Notes: generated from the letters alone by a model not told the origin. Positions 1 through 14,100 are shown, numbered from the stretch's first letter. The stretch: DNA of 64,000 nt from Phoronis australis (GCA_002633005.1 NMRA01000112.1:626659-690658), one strand, 5' to 3'. Made by a program: numbers and translations.

Positions 1-1042
1 AAGGTACTCAAAACAACACAAATTCTATGGTTAAGCTAGGGTGAGGCATAATTTTCAGAAAATCTTCTGGAGTATAAGGTCCATGCTATCAGATAAGCCC
101 CTGTCTCTGTTAACTCCTTCTAGATAGGTGATCATCCCAAATTCCTCAATACAGATTCCAAGCACATTGGAAGTAATGAAGGTCAAATTTCTATTTTGTT
201 GGTGAATGAATGTTTATATTAAGGACGAGCAACCACCCACCACCGACAATGGAATGTGGTTCTATCTGCACTGTCTAGTTATCAGCTCACGACATGGACC
301 TGTCTAGTTCTGGCCAACCCATGACCCTTGACCTGTTTCTGGATATAAGCATTCATTGTCAAAGACAACGGTGTTTTTGTTTCCATACCAGAGGGATTAT
401 CAGCTACAAACCTGACTGCCATCTCCTGACCAAAACCAGTGGCTGTGGTAAACAGCAGAGCTAAGGCGGCTGTACATCTTATTAAGTTATGTGTGCTTGA
501 AGCTTCTACGCAAATTATGCCTCACGAGCTAAACCATTAAGTCACATTGTTGCAAGTACCATTCAACAATAGACAAATATGTCAGGAGGCTGCCAATGTC
601 CTTGAGTTCTTCCAACTTGAATCAAGATTTCTTTCCAACACGTCCCTTCATTTGTCTATGAAATTATGAACCTAGCAGTTTTTGCTGTGTGCACATCACA
701 TGTGTCTATCTCATGCAAATTTTTTGAACCATATCTTGGGAGTTAGTCAACAGTTGACGCTCGACACTGGCCATATGCCAGAATTGCTAGCGCTTGACAC
801 ACAGTGTGTCGATGAGGCAAATTCCAGGATGACTCCAGTGCCGCTGAAGGGGAATTCCAGGACACCACCAATGACTCTGCGACCGGACACAAGGTGGCAG
901 TTCACCCCTACTGAGGAGTGTTGTGATGTCCGGTTCTGAGCATGTTGTAAAGACAAATTAAGCCGATGCAAGTTGCTTGCCAACAGGCAATTGCAATTTA
1001 ATGGTTTGGATACTTGGCACTGCTCACACATCAGAGATACCT
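1..1042. repeat. Near-identical copy of 8902-9942 (NDUFA1 intron 1), ending at the N at 1043
   Basis: Direct comparison shows scattered SNPs and one 1-bp indel. Confidence 0.95.
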
Positions 1043-3049
1043 NCCTCCTTTTTTTCAGAGCCATATACTACTATATTGTCTTGTATGTTTTTGTTTTCTT
1101 TTGTTAAATCTATTTCAAAGTCCGGTTCATGTATATTTTTAACTTAGTAAACTTTATTTTTATTGAATTGTAAAGTAAGGCAAGGGAATCCCAGACCTTT
1201 GTCCTTACTTATGTTGTACTGGGAGAATAAAAATGTAAATCTTGTACTGCCAATCAAATTGTTTTCAGACTATTGAACAGTAGTCCCAATTTTGAGCTTG
1301 ATTTAACACTAAGCGATAAGGACTGAAACCAGTTGCATTTGATGGGTTTTATAGCTGTATTTTGTCGCCGTTTTGCTACCAACTCTTAACCGAAGCGCAA
1401 AGTGCTTTAACAACAAATCGCTCTGGCGATCTCGAAGTGCTGCCAAATGAGCCAACAAATCAAGTCATATGCACGTCGTTTAATTCCCATTTTAGGGTTC
1501 CCAACCGCTATGCATCCTAGATTGTTTTCGTGAGTTGCTGATGGTTTCCATGTTCTTGTTGTTAACGGAAATAGACTCTTATCACACCAAGGGATATTGT
1601 GGTACCGATTTCATGAGAGTGAAAAGCTTATTTTGAGCGAAATGCAGTTTTAGCTAGCTCTGCGAAAATGCGAGACAAGATTTTATTTAAATCTACCTCA
1701 CACAGGTACACAGGATGCAATAAATTCTGATGAAAGACGCTATCTATGTGGTCTTCAAAAGACTTAGGGTAAATAATGCCTTCTGAATTTAACGCGGTAG
1801 TTACAATGGAATGCGTATTACTTCAAACACAAAAAATTATAAACAAATTAATGGGGTAAAACCCTGCTATTAAAGTGTTAAACTGTAGCCGCAGCCAATT
1901 CGCAATGCCTAGAATTTAGGTATTTGGTCTGATTTGGGTAGACATTGCCAGTGGGTTAAGTCATTCTGGTGATGGGAATGTGAAAAGTCCACTAGTTCGA
2001 CTGCAAATAGACCTACCCTGTTCCTCAAAAGGACGACTCCCGTGTACATGTAGCATTGTAGTGTTTTTGCGTAACGACTGAGACATTTGCCGCGATTTCA
2101 TGTAGCCCACAAGCAACCCAGAATTGCAAAAAAACAGTTGACTGACTTCATAGCTGGACCTTATTTTAGAATTTGTAGAAAATCCATCGTCAGAATTTAG
2201 TGTTGGGCTATGTCTTACCTTGCAGGGTAGTGGTGGTTTGGGAACTAATCCAAACTGTCAAATTTGCGTTTTGCCACATCTTTTCAAAGTCTGGCTTCCC
2301 TTTTCGGTGAGCGTAAAAACGCGCAAAAATCGACCGAATAAGGTTGCTGTGGTGATTGTATAGGTTTCGATGTGAAATGTTGCACAACTGTTCCTTTTGT
2401 TGATGGAGCTTTCGACAGACAGTGGAAGAAATGTTACAGGGAATATTGTCAGACAAAAACATGCAGTTAGAACTCCACAGTGCGTCTGCCGAAAGTACGC
2501 TTACAGATGAGCATTGTAACACCGACGGTTGCCCATAAGTGTTCGCAAGTCCACCCCCCCACTCCCGCACCCTGACGCCGACGTGTTTTCTGATTAGGAC
2601 ATTACAATTCTGCTAATTATTGGGGACAAATAAAACAACAAGAATAATGTATATTTTAAGTTGTATTGGGAATTTCAGGGACACAGCTCTACAAATAAAT
2701 ATTTCACAGAAGGAACCAGATGGGTTCCTTAATTACAAGAGACAACACACACATTTCCGATACCCAAAGTACAATTGAGTATCGGATGCTAAGTGGCACA
2801 GGTTAGCATAGTACCAAATGGGTATTGGCCGATTGCCTACCAACTGGGTCGAGCAAAACGACAAATTCAATAACATGTACCAAGTGGGTACAAACTGCCA
2901 AATGGGCAAGTATCATATAAAGTACCAAGTGTAGTACACTAAACACCCAACTGGGCTGTAAGAACCTGCAAAGCAGGGTTCCGGACAAGCTGAGTGAGCA
3001 GACCACCCGGAGTGATAAAAAGAGATATTATAAGGAACGTGGTGTTGTG

Positions 3050-3560
3050 GCTCAGTATGTGCCACATGGGCAGGGTTGTTCATGGATGAACAATCCTGTC
3101 CACCGCCACAACCCGTGTGGGGGCCGCGACCGTGGTAGAGGAGTGGCAGGGGTTGGAAAAAAAAGGTAGTCGGAAGAATGAGAAAGGGACCGATGCCATT
3201 CCCGGATTTGCCTCCATAATCATTGAAGCTCATCCCCCCTTCCGGAATGCAGGCACAGCGTTCGACTTGGGGCACAGCACCACGAGGACGGTTTGGATAT
3301 CTCACGATGAGCAGTACCGCTCCCGCAGAGCTCGAAACCCAGCCACACCCTTGTTTACGATAGAGCCGGAGTTGTGGTTGCTGTACATTACCGGCACCTC
3401 TACTGTCACCATACCACACCCACTTACCAGACAATCTTATGCCTTTACTACAAGGGAAATTGCATTACATAACAGTGCAGGCACAAACATACCAGGAGGA
3501 CCTTCGGTGGTTCCCACCTGAGCATCGCATGATACAGGGCCACCCAACGCTCCCGATCGG
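3050..3560 (+). pseudogene. Degenerate gag/ORF1 remnant of a DIRS/Ngaro-type tyrosine-recombinase retrotransposon
   Basis: DAIPGFASIIIEAHP and W-ISHDEQYRSRRARNPAT...IEPELWLLYI resemble the W..YDEQFR.R.A.NP...D.ELWL gag motif. A frameshifted YKGNC...CRHKH...GGSH segment resembles the downstream zinc finger. Recognised from recalled family motifs. Confidence 0.6.
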
Positions 3561-5918
3561 GCCTTTCCCGGGTCCAAGCCGCCCCCAAAACCCAGATCAC
3601 ACTCACTCGAATCGCAGCAAATCCTGGCGAAATTCAGCCGGTTTAGGGCGCACTTTAAGTATCAGTCCACGGATCCACCGACCACCGTACAGCCAACAAG
3701 CGGCAAGGTGGGGGGTCAACCATTCAGATCCACGTTTAGTCTGATAAATCACATTAGGGATGAGAGAAAATGGGTGAAGTATGACACCACAAAGTTTGGT
3801 GGTTTAGGAGATACAAGGGAAGTGTTCTGGGGGGCAAAATGAGGCTATTTCTTGGTTTGGAATGAGTCATTTTTGACCAAATTTTCTACTCCAGTTTCTG
3901 CTTCAAACAGAATCGTTTCTGAACAATTTTGATATCACATGATAGGTTGATGACCAATGTCAGTAAAAACGGCACCGACACTGCAATATCGGTTACCATG
4001 GTAACACTGGAACTGTTTCCGTGGAGGTACGTTTCCGTCTTGTGAAAAACCAGCAGTAAGCTGTACCCTTATAGCGAAGCTGCCCCCGCGAGAAAACTAA
4101 AAATAATAACATGGACATGTAGAAGACTCCATGCCCTTGAAATTAATACAATAAAAACTTTGTCAGCCCTTCAGGCAGGCTTGGTAATAGGTGTCTGAAT
4201 TTCACTATTTTCAGACCGCGTATGTGTATTTGTCATGTTAAACCAGTCACTAGTTGTGCGCCGTTTCTACGCATTAATATGCCGTGGTATAATACAACAA
4301 TTAAAACAATTGGTTTGCTTAAATGTTTTTAATTAATTTTAAGGACACTAGCATTTCCCACTAAAATATGAAATTATACTAAATTTGTTCATCCAACTCG
4401 TCTGAATACCAAACTAAAGCTTACAATGCGTGAGTTGAATGATGGCTGACGTAAAGTGCGGGTTTGCGAATTTGTCTATTTATCTGGCACTGCCAGTCGC
4501 ATCAAATGTGGTATTTCTACAAATTGGGGAGAGAAACAACGTTGGAAACTCTAGGGAAATGCACAAGGTATAGAGGGAGACATTTGAGCACCTTATAAGA
4601 GTACGGGGAGGTGGAACGTGTCCTCCTGAGTAGTCTGTCTCAGTGTCTGCCTCGGAGGCACTGTGTGCAGCAGGAGCTACATAATTTACCATGTTAGGAT
4701 CACTTGCCCGAATCATTGTTACAACACTCGAGATATATTGTCGTCACCAAAGACACTTAGAACATCCACTGCACACTAGAGGAGAAATCTGTTAGAGGTC
4801 TGAAAAATGACCAAAGACGTTAAGTCAAGGTTCAACGTCCTGCTTCGTGTGAGCTCAGGTAGGAATCACTAAACTCCAGGGTCTGACCCTGATTAATATT
4901 TTTAGAAGCTCGTCATTCATGCAAAAATACTTTTATTGACACACCGTGATTGCTTATAACTTGGGCCTTATTGCTTAATCATATCTTATTCAAATGTGTT
5001 GATGTTTATGCAACTACATGTATACATTGGCATAGAAAGTAGGTAGTCATCATAGCTTTTCTTAACAACCACCAAATGTGTAACATGACTTCTGCCCATG
5101 AACTACTTTTAGAGGCTAGGGAGTATGTTTTGTCTACCAATGATTTTCTGCGATTATGAAGTTAATTAAACATGCTAAAGCCGTCAAAAGTATTGGTGCC
5201 TTCACTTTAGCTTGAGCCGAAATGGCCACATTAAATTTAATATGTTTAATTTTTCATTAATACAATTTTAGGAACCAGGAAAGGCTTATGCTGAAGAAGT
5301 GGCTTCTGCTGAAATTGGAGACTTGCCGATTATTAGTAAAGGTTGGGTATGGAAAANGTAGAAGACCGGCTTATTTTTACTGCTTTGGCTTCCTCATTTT
5401 ATCTCGGTTATTTTCTAATTTTCTTCTCAACCAATCGCAGCATTTCTTATCCGTTCCCTTCCTACATTATCCACCTACTATTCATAACATAATCTTTTCA
5501 TCCTTTTTTACAGGGGATTCATTTAAAGCCAAAGCTCAATAGTTTTCCACCGGTTGCAAATTTAATTTATTCCACTTCCTTTATTTCACACTCGGTGTCC
5601 ATGTGTAAATACCAAAAAGCCTTGACTAACTCCTCTCTAAATTACAACTTCCCAAAGCTGTTCAGAGGTGATGAAATAACATTTTGTTTGGTATTCGTCA
5701 CATTTCTGTCAACACAATGTATTTATGTAATGTCTAATTTTAGCCTACCGATTTAAAGAAGCGGATCGAGAGCCTCATTGATCGGGATTACATGGAACGA
5801 GACAGTGAAAACTCAAACACGTATCACTACGTTGCTTAAAAACTGTTCGATAACATCACGTGTCGTGAACTATCAAGCCCAGGATTTAACGCGTTAAATA
5901 TTTTTTCACGTCAATTTT

Positions 5919-6026
5919 AAAGACCTCTCGTTACCTGCTTATGCAATACATTGGAGCAACAGACATGGTTTTGAAGACCTCTCGTTACCTGCTTATGCAA
6001 TACATTGGAGCAACAGACATGGTTTC
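5919..6026. repeat. 54-bp tandem duplication (2 copies)
   Basis: AAGACCTCTCGTTACCTGCTTATGCAATACATTGGAGCAACAGACATGGTTT occurs twice. Confidence 0.9.
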
Positions 6027-7378
6027 AATGATACAGCACTCTTTTCATTCTGTCAAGTTGTTGCATCTTTTGGAGAAGTGTCCAGTGAATAGATCACTGT
6101 CAAGTCATGCGACTTCACTTCATCAACAGGTTGTTAGCAGTTGATCTCCATTCTTTTGTAATTTCAAGTCCCACAATTTCCGTTTTACCTGTTCTTGAAT
6201 TACTGTGCCTGGATCTGTGGAAAGCTGTCCACTTTCTGTTTATTTCTCTGTTCAGTTTGGCATCAGGCCCATCAATATTAACAGCTTTAGTTTGGGAGCC
6301 CATGCTACGTTGAATCTTTTTAAGTTGTCATTTTGTGTTCAAAAGTGTTTTGAGTTGTAGCAGTTGTTAATGTGATGTACAGTCATCCTTGTGATATAAG
6401 ATTGTCAAAGTGTATTTATAAAATTAAATGAACTTTCAAGCAACCTGTATTCGTGTTTATTTACAATAACTTATTAACAAACCAGCTGCCTCACTCACAT
6501 GACACAGTTCCATAAGTTTGAGTATCTATACAAATGACACCCGCAAACATTTTGACTATGTAGTATGCTACATAGCTTACTACTGAAACTAAACTATCAG
6601 GCTTCAAATTAAACACAATCCAACGATCAATTGCCCATGGTTTTGCCAATTTTGCTTGCAGACTTTGAAACAACAAGAACGAAAATCAAATATGAAAAAA
6701 GATTTTAGCTTTCTGGGTTCTTTTCCAATTTAGAAAGATGGGACGAAAAATAATCTGACATTTCATCATACAATTGTATATCACAATTTTTAGCATGGTT
6801 GCATGAAGACCCAAACAATGCTAATTAAGTTGAAGTCAAACTTCAAGCTGGTACAAATCGAGGTGGCATCTACCTGCTGAAGCAGTGTAGGAACTCGTAT
6901 ATTCCATGGTTTTATGATTATGTAATAAGGAATGCTAAATCACTGTATTGAATGAAAAAAACCGAAAAGGTCTCCAAACTCAAAACATGAACCAAACAAT
7001 GGTTTTCTAAGATCGTGCTGCACCATGAAACCCCATCTTTATAAATTGTGTGGATTTCATGTTTGGAGTGAAATCCTTTTTTCCATACAAGATAGTTTTC
7101 CTCATTGTACATGATAAAACCATGGACTGAATGAATTCAATGATTGCTTCAATGCAAAGATTCAGTGCCGGAGACTTGATTTATAACAGTCTGAAGCTTG
7201 TGATTTCGACGTGACCTAATTACGCTATGTCTGAAGAAGTGACCACACAGTGACCAAATAATCCTGCAAACATGAATTCAATTCCCTGATGAGGCACGAA
7301 ATGGGCAGAAGTCCAGGCGACAGTTGACTCCAACGAATGACAACCTCCAAATCACACTACTCCACAATGTTTTATACT

Positions 7379-10300
7379 CTAGCTTTCATCAGGTATTGCT
7401 TCCAATCCCTGAAAGGAGACATCCAAGAGCTAATTACACACATTTAATACAAATTGAATTAAAAATTCTTTTGAAACATCCATCGCAAAGTGAGGAAGTA
7501 TTCATCATGGGATTAACTGAATACATGGAGGGCACATAACGTGAAGTCAACCAAACTGCAGGTAACTATCTTAGATTTGGCTTATTCCACTCAACTCCCC
7601 AATGTTTTGGGATTATGGATCTGCAAAAAAGAGTTGTCATCTCCTTTTTGCCAAGTCAGAGTGAACGTTGATTTTCTGCCTAAGACAGATAAACATCTTC
7701 AAAATTACTTAAAATTTTCTTGCTGAAACAGCCATTCTATAGGAGATTAGATACAATCCTCTTGAAATTTGACAAATATACACCTCAAGACGTATTTGCA
7801 TGCTCCTAACTATGTCAGTGCATAGCATGAACTAATTGACAATGCTATTTTAACATAATCTATGCTAAACAGAGTGCAGCCACTTGTATTCATAGATAAC
7901 TTGTAAATGTGAAAACAAAAATTCTACAAGTGATCTTTCCACTAATGATGTACATCACGGGCTCACATAGCCCACGTCATACAGTGTTATTCCCCTGCAC
8001 CACATTACGATACTTACTGGACACAGTTCAGTGATTTGCGGCAGATTATTTTCGCCACAAAACTCATTCTTAAAACATTTGGCAATTTTCTTCCCACTAC
8101 ATATTCACATCACTAAATGTTGTTTCCAACTAATTTGGCAACCCAATCAATCAGCGATGTATGCGATGCACACGGTAGATGCATATCAACGCGTGATGCT
8201 CTTGTTAAGAGCCAAAACATAAATATTTTCCATTTTTTTCTGTGGCACCTAACTCGCGCTTTAGTTTTTCTGTTTGTCATAATTGTCATGTGCTTGTATG
8301 GACTGCATTCTATGAAATGAAATAACCAATTAAAAAATAAAAATAAGTTGGGCTATCATCATTATTTTTCAAAATAATCAAACTTCGTAAACGACAAAAA
8401 ATGATAAAGCAAGTAATGCTAGAAAAGTAAAAATCCAATTATCAATGCGAGACACTCTAGACAGTACCTGGGGAACGTATTCACTGCCAGTTAGCCTCTG
8501 ATCCCTTAGATAAAGTATCTGACTACGTGTGTCCGAGTCCCAGTCACGAGGGCTTGTCTGCAAAAAATAATTTAAATTACAATGATGATCATGACAACGC
8601 TTAATCTCATTTAAACATTTATAATCACCTTTTAGAAAATTTATAATATTTCGAAAGACAGATTCCACAGACTACAGGCAGGCATTCAGAGTAGGTCCTC
8701 CTACTAACACTTGACCACTTTGAAGATGATGTGTGAGCAGTGAAGTACCTCTATATTAGGCCCATCTGTGCTGCTCCCCTTGGCAATGCTGGCAGATGGA
8801 CGCCTTGCCCACAGCTTTATTTCCCGTCGATGCAGAGCAAATTGACTACGGCTGATTATGATGAAATTGGTAAGTGAGGACACACACACAATTTGGACTT
8901 AAAGGTACTCAAAACAACATGAATTCTATGGTTAAGCTAGGGTGAGGCATAATTTTCAGAAAATCTTCTGGAGTATAAGGTCCATGCGATCAGATAAGCC
9001 CCTGTCTCTGTTAACTCCTTCTAGATAGGTGATCATCCCAAATTCCTCAATACAGATTCCAAGCACATTGGAAGTAATGAAGGTCAAATTTCTATTTTGT
9101 TGGTGAATGAATTTTTATATTAAGGACGAGCAACCACCCACCAACGACAATGGAATGTGGTTCTATCTGCACTGCCTGGTTATCAGCTCACGACATGGAC
9201 CTGTCTAGTTCTGGCCAACCCATGACCCTTGACCTGTTTCTGGATATAAGCATTTATTGTCAAAGACAACGGTGTTTTTGTTTCCATACCAGAGGGATTA
9301 TCTGCTACAAACCTGACTGCCATCTCCTGACCAAAACCAGTGGCTGTGGAAAACAGCAGAGCTAAGGCGGCTGTACATCTTATTAAGTTATGTGTGCTTG
9401 AAGCTTCTACGCAAATTACGCCTCACAGCTAAACCATTAAGTCACACTGTTGCAAGTACCATTCAACAATAGACAAATATGTCAGGAGGCTGCCAACGTC
9501 CTTGAGTTCTTCCAACTTGAATCAAGATTTCTTTCCACCATGTCCCTTCATTTGTCTATGAAATTATGAACTTAGCAGTTTTTGCTGTGTGCACATCACA
9601 TGTGTCTATCTCATGCAAATTTTTTGAACCACATCTTGGGAGTTAGTCAACAGTTGACGCTCGACACTGGCCATATGCCAGAATTGCTAGCGCTTGACAC
9701 ACAGTGTGTCGATGAGGCAAATTCCAGGATGACTCCAGTGCCGCTGAAGGGGAATTCCAGGACACCACCAATGACTCTGTGACCGGACACAAGGTGGCAG
9801 TTCACCCCTACTGAGGAGTGTTGTGATGTCCGGTTCTGAGCGTGTTGTAAAGACAAATTAAGCCCATGCAAGTTGCTTGCCAACAGGCAATTGCAATTTA
9901 ATGGTTTGGATACTTGGCACTGCTCACACATCAGAGATACCTGGCTAGAATCTCAATACCAGTGTATTTTTCAGGGGCCTGACTTGATGAGTGGTAATCC
10001 TGCATTTCAGCCTCCCGTTCAGTAACACTAGGACCTCACTAAAAAGCAAGACTTCGCGAGATTACATGAGATATTGCCGTGAGTTTTAAATGAGAACACG
10101 TGACTTTGACTAGGTCCTAGACCTAGCTAAAACCTAGTCAAAGTCACGTGTTCTCATTTAAAACTCACGGCAATATCTCATGTAATCTCGCCAGGCGTGC
10201 GTTCAGTAGACGCTAGGACCTACACTAGGACCTAGCTAAAACCTAGTCAAAGTCATGTGTTCTTATTTAAAATACACGGCAAAAACCCCACGTAATTTCG

Positions 10301-10772
10301 CAAAGTCTTGCTTTTTAGCGAGGTCCTAGCGTTAATGAACGGGAGGCAGGTATTTTAATTCACCGGAACTTCCGGCAGAAGTCATTGAGAACCACCAACA
10401 GTGGTAGTTCTGTTAGGACTTGTCCTCATGGAGTCATGACCTCCGCCTCCGGTTAATGGGTTAATGCGTGACATGCAGGACTACCTGATCGGCTGATGGT
10501 GTGAATTTCCGGCCGGTGTATCCTCCCTGTTACAATGAATGGGGTAAGAGTGTGGTAATACAAAGGTTAAGGTTTCTCTTAAGCAATCGGTTGCACTGCG
10601 AGACGAGAGGTCCCGAGAAGATTCCACTCTTTTCCAGTGTCGGATGGAAATGTGTACTAATACTCACTTTGCCATTGTACTGCACATATTTATGCCAAAA
10701 ATATCCAAACATCGGGGGTGCGGCAAGTAGTCCGTACATTATGCCCGCTGCGGGCAAAATTTCATACCACAT
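7379..10772 (-). CDS. NDUFA1: NADH dehydrogenase (complex I) MWFE subunit, 3 coding exons: 10772-10668, 8557-8468, 7408-7379 (74 aa)
   Basis: Spliced product MWYEILPAAGIMYGLLAAPPMFGYFWHKYVQYNGK|TSPRDWDSDTRSQILYLRDQRLTGSEYVPQ|GLEAIPDES*. It has the MW(F/Y)EILP start, RDxRxxG motif and C-terminal GLE(N/A)I of NDUFA1. Both introns are GT-AG, phase 0. Confidence 0.93.
10011..10346. mobile_element. PIF/Harbinger-type MITE in NDUFA1 intron 1
   Basis: TIRs CCTCCCGTTCA...TGAACGGGAGG, 3-bp CAG target duplication on both sides, and a long internal palindrome (about 10057-10190). Confidence 0.8.
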
Positions 10773-11162
10773 ATTGAGTAGTATTTACAAAACTTAACCA
10801 CCCAACAAACACCACCCGAAGTCTCCAAAAACAAAAATGGAGTCTGTAGGGTCTAATCATATTGATTGTTATATTTTGTTTTATCTTTTTTGTTATTTAA
10901 ACAAATAATAGATTTTCAAAATATTTAGAATTCATTAAAATTTACATTATTTGTTCGTAAATAATTGTGGAATGTTGATTTATCCTTTTATTATCACTAT
11001 TTACATGTTGCTCATCAAACTATTAGATCTGTATCTTACACTCGACAGGTGGCGTTCATTTCAAAAATAACCAAGTCGAACTTGCAGAATTTTTGGATCC
11101 GATTTTTTCGGAAAATGCGTTAAATTTCCGCCTAAAGATATTTCCCTGTTTACTTATTAACT
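10773..11162. promoter_or_regulatory. Bidirectional promoter region shared by NDUFA1 and UPF3
   Basis: The divergent start codons are only 390 bp apart, so both 5' UTRs and the core promoter probably lie here. Confidence 0.7.
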
Positions 11163-14100
11163 ATGAAGGAAAGCACAACGTCTGGTGGCGGCGACGAATT
11201 GCTTAAGAGAAAGAAGAAGGATGCTGCGCCACCCACGAAAGTGAGAATGAAACAGGAATGAACTGTCTGAATAACATGATTATGAATAGACTGATTATGA
11301 ATATGATAAACTTGGAGGGAGTATCACCGTCTCAGCTGGCCCCAGTAGAGACGTTGACAAGCCAAAGGGCACATCGTCATACGCGGGAAGCTTTTCGACG
11401 AATTATGCCACACATTAAATCATTAAACTCATATTAAGTACCGTTTGCGCACAGAGTCACTAGGGAGGCTATTGATGTCTTTACTCGGCCCAGCTCGAAC
11501 ATGACTTGCCCCCAGTCAGCTGCCCTGGTGTGAGCTGCGTAAAAAATAGCTAATTGCTGATGTGGGAAATGAAAAAAGGACTGTACTAAAAAGATTTAGA
11601 GCTGGAAGGATTTAAAGACATCAACGGTCTCCTAAGCCTAAGGTGTCCCTCTATGACAACCGTCTCTGAGTTCGGCAATTGTCTCGCTCGCATTTAGTTA
11701 TCCAGCCAGCTGTGTATGACTGAATGTCAAAACACACCTAGGAATTGATGCAGGTATAAAGTTGTAGTTTAAGCGGAACTCACTCTTATCTTATTTTGAA
11801 GTTGGTTTCTTGTGACTTGCGGAAGCAGCTCTCAATATTTGTTCTTTATTACAGATTGTTGTTCGACATCTTCCCCCTGCTATGACAGCCGAAGAATTTC
11901 TAGAACAGATCTCTCCAGCACCAAGCTATAATTTCTTCTACTATACCAANTGCCAAATTTGGTGAAAATCGGCTGACGCCCACCTTGCCGCTCATGGCTG
12001 GTGCTCTCGTGGACTAGTACTTAAGTACCGTTTGCGCACAGAGTCACTAGGGAGGCTATTGATGTCTTTACTCGTCCCAGCTCGAACATGACTTGCCCCC
12101 AGCTGCCCTGGTGTGAGCTGCGTAAAAAATAGCTAATTGCTGATGTGGGAAATGAAAAAAGGACTGTACTAAAAAGATTTAGAGCTGGAAGGATTTAAAG
12201 ACATCAACGGTCTCCTAAGCCTCTATGACAACCGTCTCTCTGAGTTCAGCAATTGTCTCGCTCGCATTTAGTTATCCAGCCAGCTGTGTATGACTGAATG
12301 TCAAAACACACCTAGGAATTGATGCAGGTATAAAGTTGTAGTTTAAGCGGAACTCACTCTTATCTTATTTTGAAGTTGGTTTCTTGTGACTTGCGGAAGC
12401 AGCTCTCAATATTTGTTCTTTATTACAGATTGTTGTTCGACATCTTCCCCCTGCTATGACAGCCGAAGAATTTCTAGAACAGATCTCTCCAGCACCAAGC
12501 TATAATTTCTTCTACTATACCAAGAGTGATCCAGGGTTTTTTTCATTTCACATTTTTACTTTTTCTACTAAAAGTAAAGTTAGGATTATAATTTTTGCAT
12601 CCGAAATAGACCATTATATTTGGGTGTGTTGTTTAGGTCCAACTGATAAATGATAAAATTCTTTTTTGTGCTGTCAATTTATTCTACATAAAGATAACTT
12701 GTAGTTGTTAATTAGCATTTTAATGACATGATTCAAGTTTAATTTCCATAGGCTTAGTTGCAATTGCATAAATTTGAATTTTGTGTTTCACTCATTGCTT
12801 TTTCAGGTTGCAAAATGAACTATTTTGAAAAATGCGAGAATGTTGTGAACATTGTAGCTGTCTGTGATCTCGGATTCTCTGTTTTCAGCTTGGGTGCATA
12901 TACTTGTTGTCAGGCCTACTTCAACTTTGACAATCCTGATGAGATACATGTCTTCCAAGAAAAGTTTGATGGTTACACATTCATTGACACAAAAGGTGGA
13001 AATGTTTTTCGAAGTCTATGTTCTCTATCGTGCACCCTTTCCCTCCTATCATAGTTACGTTACAAATTCGAAACTTGATGTTACATCCTCCAGCATCTGT
13101 TCTAGTCATTTTAGGCTGACATTAAAAACTTCAAAAAACAATTGATTATTCTCTTTTCAGCAAAGTAGAATTTCCAGACAGAGAATTTCTAGCTAATCAG
13201 ACAATTTGTGTATTATTGCTAACTTGCTTACAGTTATATGGCTAAAACGTTATTCGGTAGTAGTGGGATGGTGTAGAAGATGAAATATTGGACTTCATAA
13301 AGCCCATGAAGGGACCTTTCCATCCAGTGGACTTATTTCCTTGGTTTTCTCAAACCATGCATACTTTCCAATGTTACATTCTCGTTTAACAGTTAATTTT
13401 CAAAACGGTCATCCGTATGCACAAAAAATTGAGTGAAGCATTTCTTATGTGCGGTCTTCATTCACAAAGTAAAGGTATATTGTCTGAAAGTAGAAAGCCT
13501 GACTGTATAATTTGATTTTTGACTTTTTACCAATCTGTTCTTAATTTGGTCAAGTTGACCTTGTTTTTAGTAACATTTAGCAAAAAAGAAAGGTACATGG
13601 ATGTCAAAACAGCGATATCAATAACATGATCCAATCGTTTTCATTTGATGCAACTTCAAAGATTTTTCATGAAAATCATAAGTCTCATTTTGATATCTCT
13701 CATGCAAAAATGAGACATTTTAAAAACAATCCTTTATAGAACAGCGTTTTTGAGAACAGTATAGCGTAGTATATAAGGCATACTATCTGAAAGTTTCATG
13801 TGGATCCGATCAGCCAGATTTGGCCACTTTTATTGGGCCCTACGTAATCTTAATGGAACATTGCTGACATACAACTATTGCAGTTGTATATAGCTCAGCA
13901 ACTTTCCCCAATCCACATGCCAAGGAGTTAGTTGCTTTTCATCAAATTGGTGCCTGGTTCTACTTATTGTAAGTTGCAAATATGCCAATTCTTTGAAAAC
14001 TGGACTCCATTTCAAAATTATCTTGAGACATTCGGCTGTTGACTTCCAAGCCAATAAAACTGATTGACTTGTGAAGATTATTTTACTACTAGTTGACTTG

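Noticed and set aside
682-1064. ORFs repeated at 9582-9931
   Set aside because: They lie in duplicated NDUFA1 intron sequence and have no recognisable domain.
4480-4800. Exon-like minus-strand segment and 78-aa ORF
   Set aside because: All frames from the candidate acceptor hit stops and no homology was recognised.
7280-7322. CTGATGAG-GCA-CGAAA hammerhead-like core antisense to the NDUFA1 3' UTR
   Set aside because: Stem II is 1 bp, there is no UH cleavage site after helix III, and stem I is poor. Probably chance.
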